From Octopus sinensis (taxonomy: Eukaryota), in contig NW_021824130.1 of assembly GCF_006345805.1 (NCBI RefSeq), forward strand, positions 1 to 33,356: 33,356 bases of DNA, written 5' to 3'. The translations under genes were made by a program, and so were the position numbers. Below are positions 32,887 to 33,356 of the stretch, piece after piece. Numbering within the stretch: the stretch's first letter is position 1; each line of letters opens with the position of its first letter. The notes below the pieces were generated by a model. That model was not told the origin of the DNA. It saw only the letters and a list, made by a program, of their open reading frames with translations, and did no database searches.

Positions 32887-33209
32887 TGTCCTCATTGATT
32901 GTTTGATCTACGTCCACTCTGTTGTTATTTGTTTGTTCGAAGCCGTAACTCTCCACAAATTTTATATTTTTAGATTTCTGGATGCTGCTGCCTTATGAAG
33001 TATTCCTGTCTTGTCGTTAGAAGCACGGAATAGGTAATTAATAAACAGACGACAACTGATGAGTGAGTTATCTTCTTTTGGTATTTTGTCCTGTACTTTT
33101 CTCACGTGTATTTACATATTACGTTGGTGTTGTCCTGTACTTATTGTATATTTTTTATTTATAGATAATTTTTCGCTACGTAGCATTATCTACAGTCCAC
33201 CTCAGACCT

Positions 33210-33320
33210 CTACTCGTACTTATTTTATCGACCCCGAAAGGACGACCTTGGCAGAATGTGAAATCAGAACGTAGAGACGCATGAAATGTCGCTGAGTATT
33301 TTGTCCGGCGAGCTAAACCT
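33210..33320 (-). mobile_element. Old SINE family A fragment
   Basis: TATCGACCCCGAAAGGA...CAGAACGTAGAGACG...GTCCGGCGAGCTAA. Confidence 0.6.
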
Positions 33321-33356
33321 GTTTGATATATTAACAATAATACATTTCACGTGTAG

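Noticed and set aside
182-33274. Many 60-150-aa ORFs rich in YI, HT, CV, LS or II repeats
   Set aside because: They are translations of (TA)n, (CA)n, (GATA)n and (AAT)n microsatellites or off-frame SINE sequence.

Overview
AT-rich, repeat-saturated animal DNA, probably intronic or intergenic. The SINE families and dense (TA)n/(CA)n/(GATA)n/(AAT)n microsatellites point to an octopod cephalopod (inference, not a database match). No intact, recognisable host protein-coding gene is present: the ORF track is microsatellite noise plus decayed transposon ORFs. Supported elements: two Tc1 fossils (one full length with TIRs and DD34E spacing), a mariner N-terminus, a CR1-like LINE 3' end, a CRE-like fragment, an 842-bp Helitron carrying a PIF1 helicase fragment, a Neptune-type Penelope (PLE) RT-thumb/GIY-YIG fragment, a MITE-like inverted repeat and about 20 tRNA-SINE copies from three families, several with TSDs. 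The main unexpected signal is a set of eight type I hammerhead-ribozyme motifs of five sequence types, each type with a different palindromic helix III. Most lie inside inverted-repeat-bounded cassettes. They include a U3-A8 core covariant, a recurring A6U core variant, a tandem pair that would release a 391-nt RNA, and a fold-back with a ribozyme on each strand. A second signal is a 70-bp-arm hairpin whose only mismatches are three tandem GA/GA pairs. All structures were folded by hand; no activity is demonstrated.
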